64,000 nucleotides of DNA from the human T2T-CHM13v2.0 reference genome, Homo sapiens, in assembly GCF_009914755.1 (NCBI RefSeq), contig NC_060942.1, one strand, 5' to 3'. Numbering within the stretch: position 1 is the first letter of the stretch; every line of letters begins with the position of its first letter. Shown here piece by piece: positions 1 to 15,485 of the stretch. The position numbers and the translations under genes were made by a program. A model generated the notes under the pieces. The model was not told the DNA's origin, searched no databases, and saw nothing but the letters and a program-made list of their open reading frames with translations.

Positions 1-275
1 CTCCTCCTCTCCTCCTCCTCCCCTCCGCTTCCCTCCTCTCCCCTTCCCTCCCCTCCTCTCCCTTCCTCTCCCCTCCTCTTCCCTCCTCTCTCCTCCCCTC
101 CTCTCCCCTCCTCTTCCCTCCTCTCTCCTCCCCTCCTGTCCCCTCCTCTCCCCTCTGCTCTCCTCCCCTCCTCTCCCCCCCTCCCCTTCCTTCCTTCCTT
201 TTCTTCCCTCTCTCTCCTTCCCTCCCCTTCCTTCCTTCCTTTTCTTCCCTCTCTCTCCTTCCCTTTCTTCCTTCC
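1..275. repeat. Polypyrimidine (CCTCT/CCTT)n low-complexity tract, truncated by the window edge
   Basis: Almost pure C/T for about 275 nt, with CCCCTCCTCT and CCTT units. Confidence 0.95.
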
Positions 276-770
276 ATTTATTCCTTGATTCACTCACTTA
301 CTCAACAAGCACTTATTGTCTAACATGGGAAAGGCATTGGATAAATTACACAGAGACAAAGAAAGAGTCACAATGCATCTCCTGCCCTTAAAAACCTTAA
401 GAAGTAGACAACTAATCACTAATTTCAACACAGTGTTATAAGCGCCAGCATAGGGGTAAACGCAGAGTGTAGTTAGAGTTCAAAGCATAAGGAAGAAAGT
501 TAAGAGATGGTTTCACCAAGGATTTTCTTCCTTCCAAGTTGAGATTTAAAATAAAAGATTTCAGCTACACAATGATAGGACTGAGAGAATGAACAGTGTC
601 AAACAGACATTATATTATGAGGGAAGAGTATTTATAAAGAGTTGGAAGAATGAAAATATGTGGCACATTCTGTTGTCCTGAGGTTGTTTCAGGTGGTTAG
701 AGTATAGAGTCAGAGGGAAAGTGGGAGCAAGAAAGAGGCTGGAGACAGAAACAAGGGCAAATGTAGAGAA
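276..770 (-). mobile_element. L2 LINE 3' fragment (ancient)
   Basis: Starts ttcactcacttactcaacaagcacttattg, resembling the reverse L2 tail, followed by degenerate L2-like body. Confidence 0.6.
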
Positions 771-1120
771 ACTCATACTACTATCTATTTAAGATCAGGT
801 TCTTCCTTCTCATCAATGCCATTTCCTCCTCCTCTAGTATTTCAGCCCAGTGTTTTTGGTTTAGTGGGTTGGTTTTTTTGTTTGTTTGTTTTTGTTTTTG
901 TTTAGTGTTTTCAGCCTTGTCTATTTCTGGATCCTTCTCTCTTGCCTATGTAGCAGTGTAAGTCATTCTCATATGAATTTAGGTTAATATTCTCCACACT
1001 GCATGAATGAGACAAAATTAAGACATTTAAAAATGAAAATAAAATTTAAAAATTTTTTGAAAATCTCAAATCTTGAATCTTATTTGCAAGAGGTAGAGTT
1101 TAAAAATAATTTAAAAAAAT

Positions 1121-1460
<340 letters not shown>

Positions 1461-1759
1461 TCATTTAGGAAAGTCTAACGAACAGATAGAGTTGTGTGCA
1501 AAATATTAACCTGGGAATAAATATAAACAAACATTTATTGTGTAAATTAATAATAAATTATCTTAAGAAAATTAGTAAATAAGATATGCATAAAATGATG
1601 GAAAATTGAATATATGTCAGGAGAGGATCACAAAATCCCTAAACTGTTCAGGAAAAAGTTAAAGATATTGAGTATGCTTAACATCTGTCAAGTGAAATAT
1701 GCATTCCACAAACTTTATTAATAATTCATAACTTCAAACCTTGCAAATAAAAGCATAAT

Positions 1760-3360
1760 AAAAAAGCTCAACTCTAATAATTCTAAACTTATGGCTTCAA
1801 AATTCATAAAGCAAAATTTAGGAAAAATGAAAAAAGTAATCTATCTCCCTGAGATATTTTAATTCATCTCTTACAGTAATTGATAGAAGTGTCAGAAAAT
1901 AAACCAGAAATATAAAAGATTTAAATAACACAATTAGCACAGATGGCTAAATCAATCTACTTAGAATTGTATGCCCAAACCAGAGAAAACATTTTTGTCA
2001 AATGAAATATTTATGCAAATTGCCCATATATTAGAACATGAATTAAACCATAATAAATTTTAAACTATTTCTACCATATAGACCAATTTTATAAACATAT
2101 CAGGATCACATTACAAATCAATTTTTAAAAATAACTTTAACATTAGATGAAGATGGAAGGGTTAATTTATCTCATCACTGTCTGATTTTGCAAAGACATA
2201 GTTTGCCTTTTGGAAAGTTCCAAGAATATTGATTAAGGTTCAATTTGGGAAAACAACTCAAATAAACAGAGATAGATCATGGGTATGTTTAGAAGTCCCT
2301 ATCATACAGATTTGATTTCTTCCCCAATTATTCCATAAGTGGATACAGTTTCAATCATAATTCTAACAAAAAATTTTAAATAAATGAACCAGATAATCCT
2401 GAAACCTATATGGAAGGGCAAGAATCAAGAAAAGCCTAGAACTCAAAAGAAAATATAAGATCAGAGGATTCACTATAATAGATAATTAACACCCATTATG
2501 GAATTTTCGTGACGTAGCCATGGAGTGTTCAGGTGAAGATGGTCAAATAGATCAAAGTAAAAAGTGAATGGAAAAAGATCCACACAAACATAAAAGCCTA
2601 ATATGGGACAGAGATAGCACTGATTATAAATATATAAAGAAAACTCATCAGTAAATTGTATTGTAACAACTTGTTTTCTATATTATAAAAAAAGTAACTG
2701 GAAACTCACTTCACATTACACCCATACATTAATTTCTTATTAATTATGCATCACATCTGGCAAGTGAAACATGCATTCCAAAAATTGTAGAAATAGCTTT
2801 TTATTTCCAAATTTGTAAATAGAAGGCAGAGCGAGAAAAACAACCCTAAATTTTGAACATTCTAAACATAGTTTCATCTAAAACTATCACATAAATATTA
2901 AAAGCAGAATTCAGAAACATTGAGAATGAAATAACAGAAAATATTTTTATAATCTCAGGGGTGGGAAAATTTCTTAAACAAGTTCACAAAAGGAAAATGC
3001 ACAAAGGAATGTATTTATACCTGATACTACATTAAACTGAAACGTCTCTTCATCAGAAGTTACCATAAAGAAATGAAAAAAGGTTGGGTAAATATATTTT
3101 TAACATTTGTAACTAGAAAATATTTAGTATCCATGATATATAAATTCTTACAAATCAGTGAGATGACACTCAGTATATAGCAGGAAAATCATGAGCAGGT
3201 TTTCACAGAAAAGGAAATACAAATCACCCTGCAAAAGTCATTAAAATATGTTCAGTTCCATTAATAACTAATAACAAACCATAATGAGGTACAATTAAAA
3301 AGCCTTATTGTAGAGAAGAATGTCTTTAACTCTAGGTAGGAATGCAAATTGGCATAATAA
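1760..3360 (+). mobile_element. Degenerate old L1M ORF2 fragments
   Basis: A-rich strand with residual L1 ORF2-like motifs, heavily decayed; boundaries approximate. Confidence 0.55.
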
Positions 3361-3469
3361 TTTATATATTACTTCCTTTTACTATACTATTATTTATTTT
3401 ATCTATTATGTTCTTATACAACAGTGAATGAGATATGGCAGAAAAAGAAAGCTTCATCTTCAGGAAAGA

Positions 3470-4827
3470 TGAGTCATAATGAAAGGTCAGATGCTTCCAA
3501 GCAGGAGCACACCACTGCTGATTTTAGAGATGAAGAGAACAAACAGCCAGGGAATGCGGCAGCCTCTGAAAACTGAGTGTGATCTCAGGCTGACAGGTGC
3601 CAAGGAAACAAAGGCTTCAGTTCTCAAACCATAAGAATTAAATCATGTCAAAACTGCACACCCCAGTTAGAATGGGTACTATCAAAAAGACAAAAAATAA
3701 CAAATGCTGTTGAAGATGCAGAGAAAAGGTACTCTTAAACGTTGTTGTTGGGACTATAAATGAACACAGCCACTGTGGAGTGGAGATCACAGCAGTATGG
3801 AGATTCCTCAAAAAAAAAAAAAACCACTAAGAAAAGAATTACATATGATCCAACAATCCCACTGCTGGTTATATATCCAAAGAAAAAGGAATCAGTATGT
3901 CAAAGAGATATCTACACCTTCATGTTTACTGTGGCATAATTCACAAAACCTAAGATATGAAATCAACCTGCTTCCATCAATGGATGAGTAGATAAGAAAA
4001 TGTGATGCACAATGGAATACTATTCAGCAATAAAAAGGAATGAATTCCTGTTATTTGCAGCAACATGGATGGAACAGGAGGGTATTATGTCAAGTGAAAT
4101 AAGCCTAGCACAGAAAAATGAATACCATATGTTCTCATTCATACATGGAAGCTAAACAGGTTGATCTCACAGAAGCAGAGAGTAGAACAGTGATAACTAG
4201 AGACTAGGAAGGGTAGGGGGTAGGGACATAGAGAGAGGTTGGATAAGAGATAAAAAATTATAGCTTAATAGAGAAGTAAGTTTTAGTGTTCTTTAGCACT
4301 GTAGAGTGACTCTAGTTAATAATAATTCATTCTGTATTTTCCACGAGGATTTTCAAAATCCTCGAAAGAGGGCGATTTTGAATGTTACCAAAACAAAGAA
4401 TGCTGAATGTTACCCTAATTTGATCATTACACATTGTATACAGGTATCAAAATATTACACTAGACCCCTTATAAAAATGTACAATTATTATGTGTCAATT
4501 GAAACAGAAACCGAAGAAGTTTTTGTCTGAAGTTTTTCTTCAGTTTTTGTTTTAATTGACACACAATAATTGTACATTTTATAGGGGGTCTAGTGTGATA
4601 TTTTGATACCTGTATACTAAAAATAGTGTTATCCTGGAGTCTCCAGACAGAAGTGCCAGGCTACTGACACCCTGATTTTAGTCTTGCCAGACCTGGGGCA
4701 GAGCAACCACTTGAGCCATGCTGTGCCCAGACTTCTGACTTACGAAAAGGTTGAGATAATAAATGGGTCCTGTTTCAAGCTGCTAAATTTGTGGTAATTT
4801 GTTATGCAGCAATAGAAAACTAATACA
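3470..4827 (+). mobile_element. MLT1(D/E-like) MaLR LTR split by L1 3' ends (LTR parts about 3470-3655 and 4625-4827)
   Basis: gccagggaatgcggcagcctct...aaggaaac...ttcagttctcaaaccataagaattaaat resumes after the L1 and ends ggtaatttgttatgcagcaatagaaaactaataca. Confidence 0.8.
3656..4510 (+). mobile_element. L1MA-type 3' end (ORF2 C-terminus and 3' UTR)
   Basis: caccccagttagaatgg...caaaaagacaaaaaataacaaatgctg through ttattatgtgtcaatt. Confidence 0.85.
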
Positions 4828-4947
4828 GGCAAATTGGCTAAATATAAAAAAATTGGCCAATTGCTATTTAATTATTGACAAAAAAGTTTACTATTTATAA
4901 CTCAAAACAAAAATCAGTATTTTTTATTTCTAATATGAAAAACTCAC

Positions 4948-5101
4948 CATTTTTGATAGAGAATGTAATTCATTTTTTGATGACTTTGTTTCCCTTATTG
5001 CTTCAGTCACTTCCTCTTCCTTCTCCTCAATATTAGTATTAACATTTATCACTGATGAAGAGTAATGATCAAATAGACTGTTAAGTTGATATATCTCTCT
5101 C
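4948..5101 (-). CDS. CCDC178: CCDC178 internal coding exon (154 nt)
   Basis: CCCTAG acceptor (5102-03), GTGAGT donor at 4947. Encodes (K)REIYQLNSLFDHYSSSVINVNTNIEEKEEEVTEAIRETKSSKNELHSLSKM. Confidence 0.93.
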
Positions 5102-5167
5102 CTAGGGATAAAAACACAGTTTATTTTATTCACATTAAAAGAAAAAATATATTTTAAATTATACTTA

Positions 5168-5575
<408 letters not shown>

Positions 5576-6819
5576 TTAAGTAAATAGTGAGGAAAAAAGT
5601 CATCAATAGTATTGTTTCCAAGGGAAAACATAATTGAGAGAAAAATCAATTATAAATGCTTTCAAATAAACTGTCTTTGAATCTGATTTCAGGTAAGAGA
5701 TTTATACACTTTTAATTCAGAAGCTGGGTAATACAGGGATAGAAAGGTAAGGAAAAAAAAGATGAAAAAAGAAGAGAAGAGGAGGCAGAAGTGAAAAGAC
5801 CAAGCAGTTATTGCTTTCACAGGCTTAGAGGTAAAATAAAGGAAATTGTAGCTTAGGAAAACACAGGGCTTTTTAAAAAGAAGTAATAGTCAAAGAGTTA
5901 TTTGTTCCTATATGACCCTCCCAAGAGGACCAATGCTAATCTGTGAACCACACAATCCTTTATCTAATCTAGCAGGTAGAAACCACTTTCCAAATAAAAT
6001 ATTATCTTCAGATACTGTTATGGTTGTTTAATGGAGCAAAAAAATCACAGTGAGAAAATGATAAAATTACCATTTTCATAAACTATCAGCAAATAATATA
6101 GATAATTACAACTTTTTAAAGACACCTTAAACAAAATAGTAGACTAGGAGATTTATTTGAAACCCACATAAGAGTAAAACGTTTATATGTAATAAACTCC
6201 TACAAGTCAATATGTAATAGAAAAATTGTTCAATAGAAAAAGGCACAGAGAATATGAACAATCACCAATAAATATATGGTGTGCTTATTGAATTGGCCCA
6301 GATTCTTATGCACCAACCCTGATTCCAGCAGCATAGTCAAATGAAACCGAAATCTACAATCTCACTATAGAAATGAAAATTAAAGGAACAAACAAATAGG
6401 CAAGAACAACATTCTTTACATTTCCATGTCTGCAGAGTATAGACTTACCTGTCAGAGTCCTAGAAGCCAGTTAGGCAATGAGAGTTAGATAGCCTCAACA
6501 TTCAAAATGTGTAAGTTTGATTAAGTTTTCTTCTTTTGAAATTAGTTCTTCTTCTCTCAGTGTTATCTATTGCCTCCAGTCCAGAGAATACACTATGGAC
6601 TTTTGCCTGAGTGATGGACAATTGCCCACTGTCATGCAATTTGGGAGTTATTATTTTAGTGGTTCACTTATTCCAATTTTTTGATGAAGTTGATGCCACT
6701 AATTCCTCAGCCTTTTGAGGGTTTCCCAGAAAAGCAGTTTATACTATGCTTGTCTCCACTGTTATTTTAAATTTCCTCATTGTTATATCAGCTAAATCAG
6801 AATAAATTTAGAAGAATAA

Positions 6820-8385
6820 AAGGGAAGAATCACTCTACCTGTTGTTAGGAATTACTATGCAAACTCTGCAATCAAGAAAGTGTGATATTGGCAGAGGGAT
6901 AGCCAAATAGATAAATAGAATGGTCATAGACGACCCAGAAATAGAGCTACACAAGCATGTCTGATTCTTGACAAACTTACAAAATCAATTTAATGAAAGT
7001 AATTTAACATATGGTGATGGAATAATTACATATTCATTGGCAAAAAAAGGGAAGCTCAAGCTAAATCTCACATTTTATATACAATCTAACTAAAAATGGC
7101 TTATATATCTAAATATAAATTGTAAACCTATAATATTTTTAGAAAACAAATTTCTTTGTGACAGGATTAGGGCAAGATTTCTTGTGTGTGACACCAAGTA
7201 CATGATGAATAAAAGAAAAAAGTGATAAGTAGAATTTTAGAAAAATTAAGAACTTCTGCATTGTAAAACACCCTCAAAGACAAAAAGACAAGACTTTACT
7301 AAAACATAGAATATATTTACATATAACATATCCGATTAAAAATCTTATATTTTCAAAATTAAAGAATTCTCTACACACAACCATAAGAAAACAAACATTA
7401 CAATGGGAAAATGGCAAAACATTTGAACAGACACTGTATGAAAAAGAGAATTCAATAACAAGCACATGAAAAGATGTACATCACAATTTGCCATTAGGGA
7501 AATGCAAATTCAAATCATAGTGAGATATCACTACAAACTTACTAGTCCAGGCTGAAATTTTTTTAAAAAAATAGTGTTCTCTTGTAGAGAAACTGGATCT
7601 CTCATACATTGCTGGCATTCATATAAAATGGTACAAGCCGTTCTGGAAGACCAGTTTGGCAGTTTTTTATAAAATTAAACTTACAGTCAACGTACATCCC
7701 AAAAAATCACACTTTTTGATATTTATCCGAGAGAAATGAAAAACTTATGTTCACACAAAAACTTCTACATTGATATCCATGGCAACTTTATTCAAAGTAG
7801 CAAATAACTGAAAACAAACTAAATGTCCCTCAAAGGGCAGATAGTTTCAAGCTCTGGTATATCCATACAATGGAATCTCATTCAGTGATAAAAAAGGAAT
7901 GAACTCTTAATACCTTCAACAACCCAGATTGTTCTCAAATGCATTATGCTTAATAAAAAAAAGCCCAAATCAAAAGTTAAATGTTATAGGGTTTCATTTA
8001 TATAACACTCTTAAAATGGCAAGACTAGAGATAGAGAAAATAATAGTGGTTGTCAGGAGACAGAGAAAGGACAGTGGATATGAATAAAAAGGGTAGCACA
8101 AGGAATGAAACTAGTCTGTATTCTGATCGTAGTGGTAGTTACTGAATCTATACGAGATAAAATGGCATATAATAATAAACACACACACACATACATACAT
8201 GAAAATATGTAAAAAATCATGAAATGATTAGGCTTATCTCAATTTCCTGGTTTTAATACTGACAACAAGTACAGTATATACAATACAAGATACTCCCATT
8301 GGAAGAAGCTGGAGGAAGGGTACACAGGACTCTATGTCTAAACTCCTATGAGTCTATAATTATTTATGAATAAAGATTTAAAAAG
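6820..8385 (+). mobile_element. L1MC/MD-type 3' portion
   Basis: Decayed ORF2 C-terminal motifs and a 3' UTR ending gaagggtacacaggactc...gagtctataattatt. Confidence 0.75.
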
Positions 8386-8533
8386 CAAAATATTAGATGA
8401 AACAGACCTGCATATTTATCAAGATTGAGATAAGACACATAAAAAATCCCACATACTCAAATAGGGGAAAGTGAACTTTAGTGGTTCACTTGAAAACCTA
8501 CAAGGTATCAGTCTAATTAAGAATCATATTTTG

Positions 8534-8835
8534 GGCCAGGCGTGGTGGCTCACACCTGTAATCCTAGCACTTTGAAAGGCAAGGCAGGTGGATCACCAGA
8601 GGTCAGGAGTTTGAGACAAGCCTGGCTCATGGTGAAACTCTGCCTCTACTAAAAATACAAAATTAGCTGAGAGTGGTGTCGTACACCTGTAATCCCACCT
8701 ACTCGGGAGGCTGAAACCAGAGAATTGCTTGAACCCAGGAGGCAGAGGTTGTAGTGAATCAAGATTGTGTCACTGCACTGCAGCCTAGGTGACAGAGCAA
8801 GACTCCATCTCAAATAATAAACAAATAAATAAATA
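8534..8835 (+). mobile_element. AluS
   Basis: Full dimer with (TAAA)n tail. Confidence 0.92.
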
Positions 8836-9547
8836 TATAGAAATACATTAAAATTAAATGATATATTCCTGAAAGACCAGTGAATGAAGAAAAAAATTAA
8901 AAATACAATTAAAGAATTAGTTGAAATAAATGAAAATAGAAACACAATATGCCAATTCTATGGGACACATAAAAAGAAGTATTAAGAAGCAAGTTTATAG
9001 CAGTAAATGACTATAGCAAAAACTAGAGCGATTTAAAATAACCTGCTGATGCACTGCAAGGACCTAGAAAAGCAAGAACAAACCAAAATTACAATAAGTA
9101 GAAGGAAAGAAATAAAGATCAAAAGCAGAAGTAATAAAATTGAGACTAAAAAATACAAGAAATTCACAGAACAAAAAGTTAGCTTCTTCAAAGATAAACA
9201 AACGGACAAATCATTAGGTAGATTAACAAAGAAAAAAAGGGAAGACCCAAAAACAAAATCACAAATGAAAAACGAGTTATCACAATGGGTACCACAAAAA
9301 ATAAAAGTATAATTAGAGATTACTATAAACAATTTATATGCTAATAAAATAAATAACCTAGAGGAAATCGATAAATTCCTAGACACATACAACCTATTAA
9401 GATTGAACCAAGAAGAAATAGAAAGCCTAAACAGAGCAATAACAAGTAATAAGATTGACTCAGTTACAAAAAGTCTTCCCCCCAAAAAATCCAGTACCAG
9501 ATGGCTTTACCACTGCATTCTATTGAACCTTTAAAGAAGAAACAACT

Positions 9548-9849
<302 letters not shown>

Positions 9850-11287
9850 TCAATTCTTCTAAAACTATTCCAAAAAAATTGAAATGAAAGGAACTCTCCC
9901 TAACTCATTCCACAAGACCGCTGTAACCTTGATACCAAAACTAGACAGGGACACAACAAGAAAAAAACACTATAAGCCAATATATCTGATGAACATAGAT
10001 AGAAACATCTTCAACAAAATGCCAGGAAACTAATTCCAACAATATATCAAAATGATAACACACCATGATCAGGTGGGATTTATCCCAGAAAGTCAAGAAT
10101 GATTCAATATGCATGAATCAATAAATGTGATACATTACATCAATGCAATAAAGGACAAAAGCCATATGATCATCTCAGTAAAGGCAAGTAAAGTATGTGA
10201 TAAAATTAAACATTTCATCACAATAAAAAATACTCTTAATAAATTAGGTGTAGAAAAAAGTACCTCAACATAATACAGGGGCCATATATGACAAAACCAT
10301 AGCCAATATCATACTGAAGAGGGAAAAGCTGAAAGTTTTTTCTATAAGATCTAGAACAAGACAAGGACGTCCAGTCTCAGCACTCTCATTCAACCTAATA
10401 CTGGAAGTCCTAGCCAGAACAATTAGCCAAGAGAAAGAAATACAGGGCAGCATCTATTTTGGAAAGTAGGAAGTCTAATTGTCCGTCTTTGTAGATGACA
10501 TAATCTTGTATACAGAAAAACCTGAAGACTCTACCAAAAAATGCTTAGAACTGATAAATGAATTCAGTAAAGTTGCAGGATTCAACATCAACATACAAAA
10601 ATCAGCAGTGTTTCTATATACTAATAAAGATATAACCAAAAAATAAATTAAAAAGGCAATCTCATTTAAAATAGCTACAAAAAAAACTAGAAACATATGT
10701 AACCAAGGAGGTCAAAGACCTCTACAAGAAAAACTGCAAAACACTAATGAAAGAAATTGAAGAAGATACAAAAATGGAGATATCCTAGCTCACGGATTGA
10801 AAGAATATTGTCAAAATGACCATACTACCCAAAGCAACCTACAATTTAAATGCAATTCGTATCAGAATACCAATGACATTATTCATAGAAATTTTTAAAA
10901 AGTTAAAAATTTTATGGAACCACAAAAACTCCAAAGAGCTAAAGCAATTTTGAGCAAAACAACAAAGCTGGAGGTACCACACTACCTGACTACAAAGCTG
11001 TTATATCCAAAACAGCATGGTGCTGACAATAAAAATGGATACATAGACCAACTAAACAACATAGAAAACCCAGATATTAATCTACATATCTACAACCAAC
11101 TGATTTTTGACAAAGACAGAAAGAATACACTTTGGGGAAATGACAGTCTCTTCAATAAATGGTTCTGAAAAACCTGATATTCATATATGGAATAATAAAA
11201 ATAGACCTCATCTCTTACCCTATACACAAATCAAGTCAACATGGATGAAAGACCTAAATGTAAGAACCAAAACTTTAAAACTAGTAT

Positions 11288-11289
<2 letters not shown>

Positions 11290-11329
<40 letters not shown>
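11290..11329. repeat. (CA)n microsatellite
   Basis: About 20 perfect units. Confidence 0.97.
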
Positions 11330-11331
<2 letters not shown>

Positions 11332-11744
11332 AGAGGAAATGGTTCAACACATTGTCCTGGGAAAAGTTTTATGAATAAGACCTCAAAATTACAAGCAACA
11401 AAAGCATAAATAAACAAATGGGATAATATCAAACTAAAAAGCTTCTGCACAGCAAACAAGCAACAGTGTGCAAGTACAATGTACACAATGGGAGAAAATA
11501 TTTGCAATCTATTAATCAAACTGCAGATTAATATCCAGAATATACAAGGATTTCAAACATCTCAACAGAAAAAAAAAAAAACACAAAAAACAAAAAACAA
11601 AAAACCTTGGGCAAATAACCTTAACAGATATTTCTCAAAAATGCTTGATATCACTAATCATTAGGGAAATGCAAACAACAATGAGGTATCATATCAGCCA
11701 ATTAGGATGGATATTATCAAAAGACAAAAAATAACAAATGCTGT

Positions 11745-14152
11745 TGATATAGGTTGGATATTTGTCCCCTAAATCTCATGCTGAGCCGTAATCCCCAATG
11801 TTTAAGGTGGGGCATGATGGGAGCTGTTTCGGTCATGGGGATGGATCTCTCATGAATAAATTGGTGCTGTCCTCAGGATAGTGAGTGAGTTCTCACAAGA
11901 AATGGTTGTTTAAGTGTGGCCCTTCCTCCCTCTCTCTTTCGCTCCCACTCTTGCCATGTGACATGCCTGCTTGCCTGCTCCCACTTCACTTTCCTCCATG
12001 ATTGTTACCTTCCTGAGGCCCTCAATAGAAGCCAAGCAAATGTTGCTGCCATGCTTCTATAGCCTGCAGAACTGTGAGCCAATTAAGCCTTTTTATTTAC
12101 AAATTACCCAGTCTCAGGTATTTCTTTATAGCAATGCAAAAATGGCTTAATAAATAAAATTGGTACCAAGGAATTGGGCATTGCTATAAAGATACTTGAA
12201 AGTGTGCAAATGACTTTGAAACTCAGTAATAGGCAGAGATTGGAGGAGTTTAGAGAGCTCAGAAGAAGACAGGAAGGTGAGAGAAGGTTTGGAACTTCTA
12301 AGATACTGGTCAAATGGTTGTGACCAAAATACTGATAGAAACGTTGACAGTGAAGGCTAGACTGATGAGGTTTCAGATGTAAATGAGGAAGCTATTGGGA
12401 ACTGGAGTAAAGATTACCCATGTTACACCTGAGCAAAGAGCTTGACTGCATTGTGTTCGTGTCCTAGGGATCTGTGGAAGTTTGAACTTAAGAGTAATGA
12501 CTTAGAGTATATGGCAGAAGAAATTTCTAAGCAGCAAAGTGTTCAAGATGTAGCTTGGCTGCTTCTAATGACCTATTATCATATATGGGAGCAAATGAAT
12601 GACTTAAAAGTGAAATTTATATTTAAAAGGGAAGCAGAGAGTAAAAGTCTGGAAAGTTTGCAGCCTGGCCATGTGGCACAGAAAAATTCCAAGCAGGCTG
12701 CAGAACAACCACTTGCTAGAAAGATTAGTATGACTAAAAGAGAGCAAAGTGCTAATATCCAAGACAATGGGAAAAAGACTTTCAAGGCATTACAGAGATC
12801 ACAGAGGCAGCTCCTCCCATTACAGGAAAATGGCCCAGGAGGAAAGAACTGTTTCAGGGGGCAGGCCTGGGATGCTGCTTCCCTGCTCAGTTTAGGGACA
12901 CTGCTCCCTGCATCACAGCTGCTCCAGCTACAATTATGGCTCAAAGGACCCCAGGTATGGTTTTGGCTGCCACTCTGGAGGGTACAAGCCATAAGCCTTG
13001 GTGGCTTCCACCATGGTGTTAAGCCTGTGGGTGCATAGAATGCAAGCGTGAAGGAAGGTTGGAGGCTTTTAGCTGCATTTCAGAGGATGTAGGAGAAAGC
13101 CTGTGGGCCCAGGCAGAAGCCTGACCCAGGGGCAGGGCCCTCACAGATAACCTCTACTAGGAAAATGGCAGAGGAAAATATGGGGTTGGAGACCCCACAG
13201 AGAATCCCCACTGGGGCACAGTCCAGTGGAGCTGTGGGAAGATGGCTGCTACCCTTCAGCCCCCAGAATGGTAGCTCCACTGACAACTTGCACCCTGAAC
13301 CTGGAATCCACAGTCACTCAACTCCAACTCATGAGAATAGCTGCACCTTGCAAAGCCACAAGAATGGAACTGTCAAGGTCTTAAAAACTGACCCCTTCCA
13401 GTGTGTGCTCGATGTGGGACATGGAGTAAAAGGAGATTATTTCAGAGCTTTAAGATTTAGTGACTGCCCTGTTGGATTTCAGACTTTTATGAGGCCTGTT
13501 GCCTCTTTCTTTCGACCAATTTCTCTCTTTTGGAATAGTAATGTTTACCCAGTGCCTATACTACCATTGCATCTTGGCAGTAAATAACTTGCTTTGATTT
13601 TATAGGCTCAAAGTTGGAAGGAGATGAGTCTCAGATGAGACTTAGGACTTTGGACTTGATGCTGGAATGAGTTAAGACTTTTTTTTATTTTGCCATGTGA
13701 GGGGGACATGAGATTTGAGGAACCAAGGGTGGAATGATATAGTTTAAATGTTTGTCCCCTCCAAATCTCATATTGAAATGTAATCCCCAATGTTGGAGAT
13801 GGGACATGCTGGGAGGTGTTTTGGTCATGGGAGTGGATCCTTCATGAATGGCTTTGTGGTGTCTTCAGGATAGTGATTGAGTTCTCACAAGATCTGGTTG
13901 TTTAAAAGTGTGTGACACCTCCTCCCTCTCTCTCTTGCTCCCATTCTCACCATGTGACATGCCTGTTCCCACTTCTCCCACTTTGCCTTCCACTATGATT
14001 GTCAGCTTCCTGAGGCCCTTTCCAGAAACAAAGCAGATGTTTCTACCATGTTTGTACAGTGTGAAAAACCATAAATCAACTAAACTTATTTTCTTTATAA
14101 ATTACTGAGCCTCAGGTATTTCTTTATTGCAATGCAAAAACTGCCTAACAAA
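11745..14152 (+). mobile_element. Full-length MST (MSTA/B-like) MaLR: LTR 11745-12154, internal, LTR 13735-14152
   Basis: Two homologous ~410-bp LTRs starting TGATATAG around a ~1.6-kb MaLR internal region; TSD GCTGT/GCTGG. Confidence 0.9.
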
Positions 14153-14964
14153 GCTGGTGAGAATGCAAAAAAATAAATAAATAAAAATAAGGAGCTCTTC
14201 TACACTGCTGGTGGGAATGTAAACTAGTACAGCTGCTATGGATAATAGTATGAAAATTCCACAAAAGTTACAAATAGAACTACTATATGATCCAGCAATC
14301 TCACTACTGGGCATTTATCCAAAGGAAAGGAAATCAGTATTGAAGAACTCATATGCACGCCCATGTTCATCACTACACTATGCACAATAGCCAAGATATG
14401 GAATCAACCTAGGTGTCCCGGTGAATGAACAAAGAAAATGTGATATGTATACACGACGTAATACTATTCTCCACAAAAAGAATGAAATCTTGTCATTCAC
14501 AGCAACATGGGTGGAACTGGTGAATATTACGTTAATGAAATAAGACAGTAACAGAAAGTTCAAAGTTGCTTGTTCTCACTCATGTATGGAAGCTAAAAAA
14601 CAGTTGATCTCAAAGAAGAAGTAAAAATTGAAACAGAGGATATTAAAGGCTGGGAAATGTAGGAGAAAGGGGGGATAGACAGAGATTTTTCAAAGGATAC
14701 ACAATTACAGCTAGATAGAAGGAATAAGTTCTAGTGTTCTGTACCAATATAGAATGACTATAGTTAACAATAATATATAGCTTCAAATGGCTAGGAGAAG
14801 GATTTGGAATGTTCCCAACATGAGAAACAGTAAATGTTTGTGATAATAGATATGCCAGTTACCCTGATCTAATTACTGTATATATTATGTGTATTAAAAC
14901 ATCATTACATACCCCATGAGTATATACATATTCTATATGTCAATCTTTAAAGTTTAAAAAGAAA

Positions 14965-15485
14965 TAACCTATCAAGCCATGGAAAGACAAGGAGAAATGT
15001 AATGCATTTTACTAAGTGAAAGAAGCCAATCTGAAAAGGCTGAATCCTATATGATGTCAACTATATCACATTCTTAAAAAGTCATAACTGTGAAGACAAT
15101 AAAAAGGTCAGGGATTACCAGGAGTTAGGTGGGAGGAAGCAAGGAATAAGTAGAGCAAAAAGGATTTTTTTTAAGTAGTACAGTGCAACTATTGAATAAT
15201 ATTATAGTTGTGTACACATGTCTTTATACATTTTCCAAACCCATAGAATGTACATCATGAGTGAGCTCTATTGTAAACTATGATCTTTGGGTGATAATGA
15301 TGTGTCAATGTAAGTTTGATGTTGTAACAAGTGTACCACTTGGATGTGGGATGTTTGGTATGGGATGCAGACAGTATGGGGGATGAGGAGAAGGGATAAA
15401 AGGGAGCTTTCTAAACTTTCCACCCAATTTTGCTGTGAGCCCAAAACTGCTCAAAAACATAAAGTCTAGTTTTTTAAAAAAAAAA
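14965..15485 (+). mobile_element. L1MC-type 3' UTR fragment
   Basis: ctaagtgaaagaagccaatctgaaaaggct...ttttgctgtgagcccaaaactgctc plus an A tail. Confidence 0.75.

Noticed and set aside
12442-13587. 198-aa and 140-aa ORFs (similar ones at 19184-20107 and 51761-52519) as a paralogous gene family
   Set aside because: These are the decayed internal ORFs of MST/THE1 MaLR elements; the similarity reflects shared repeat ancestry.
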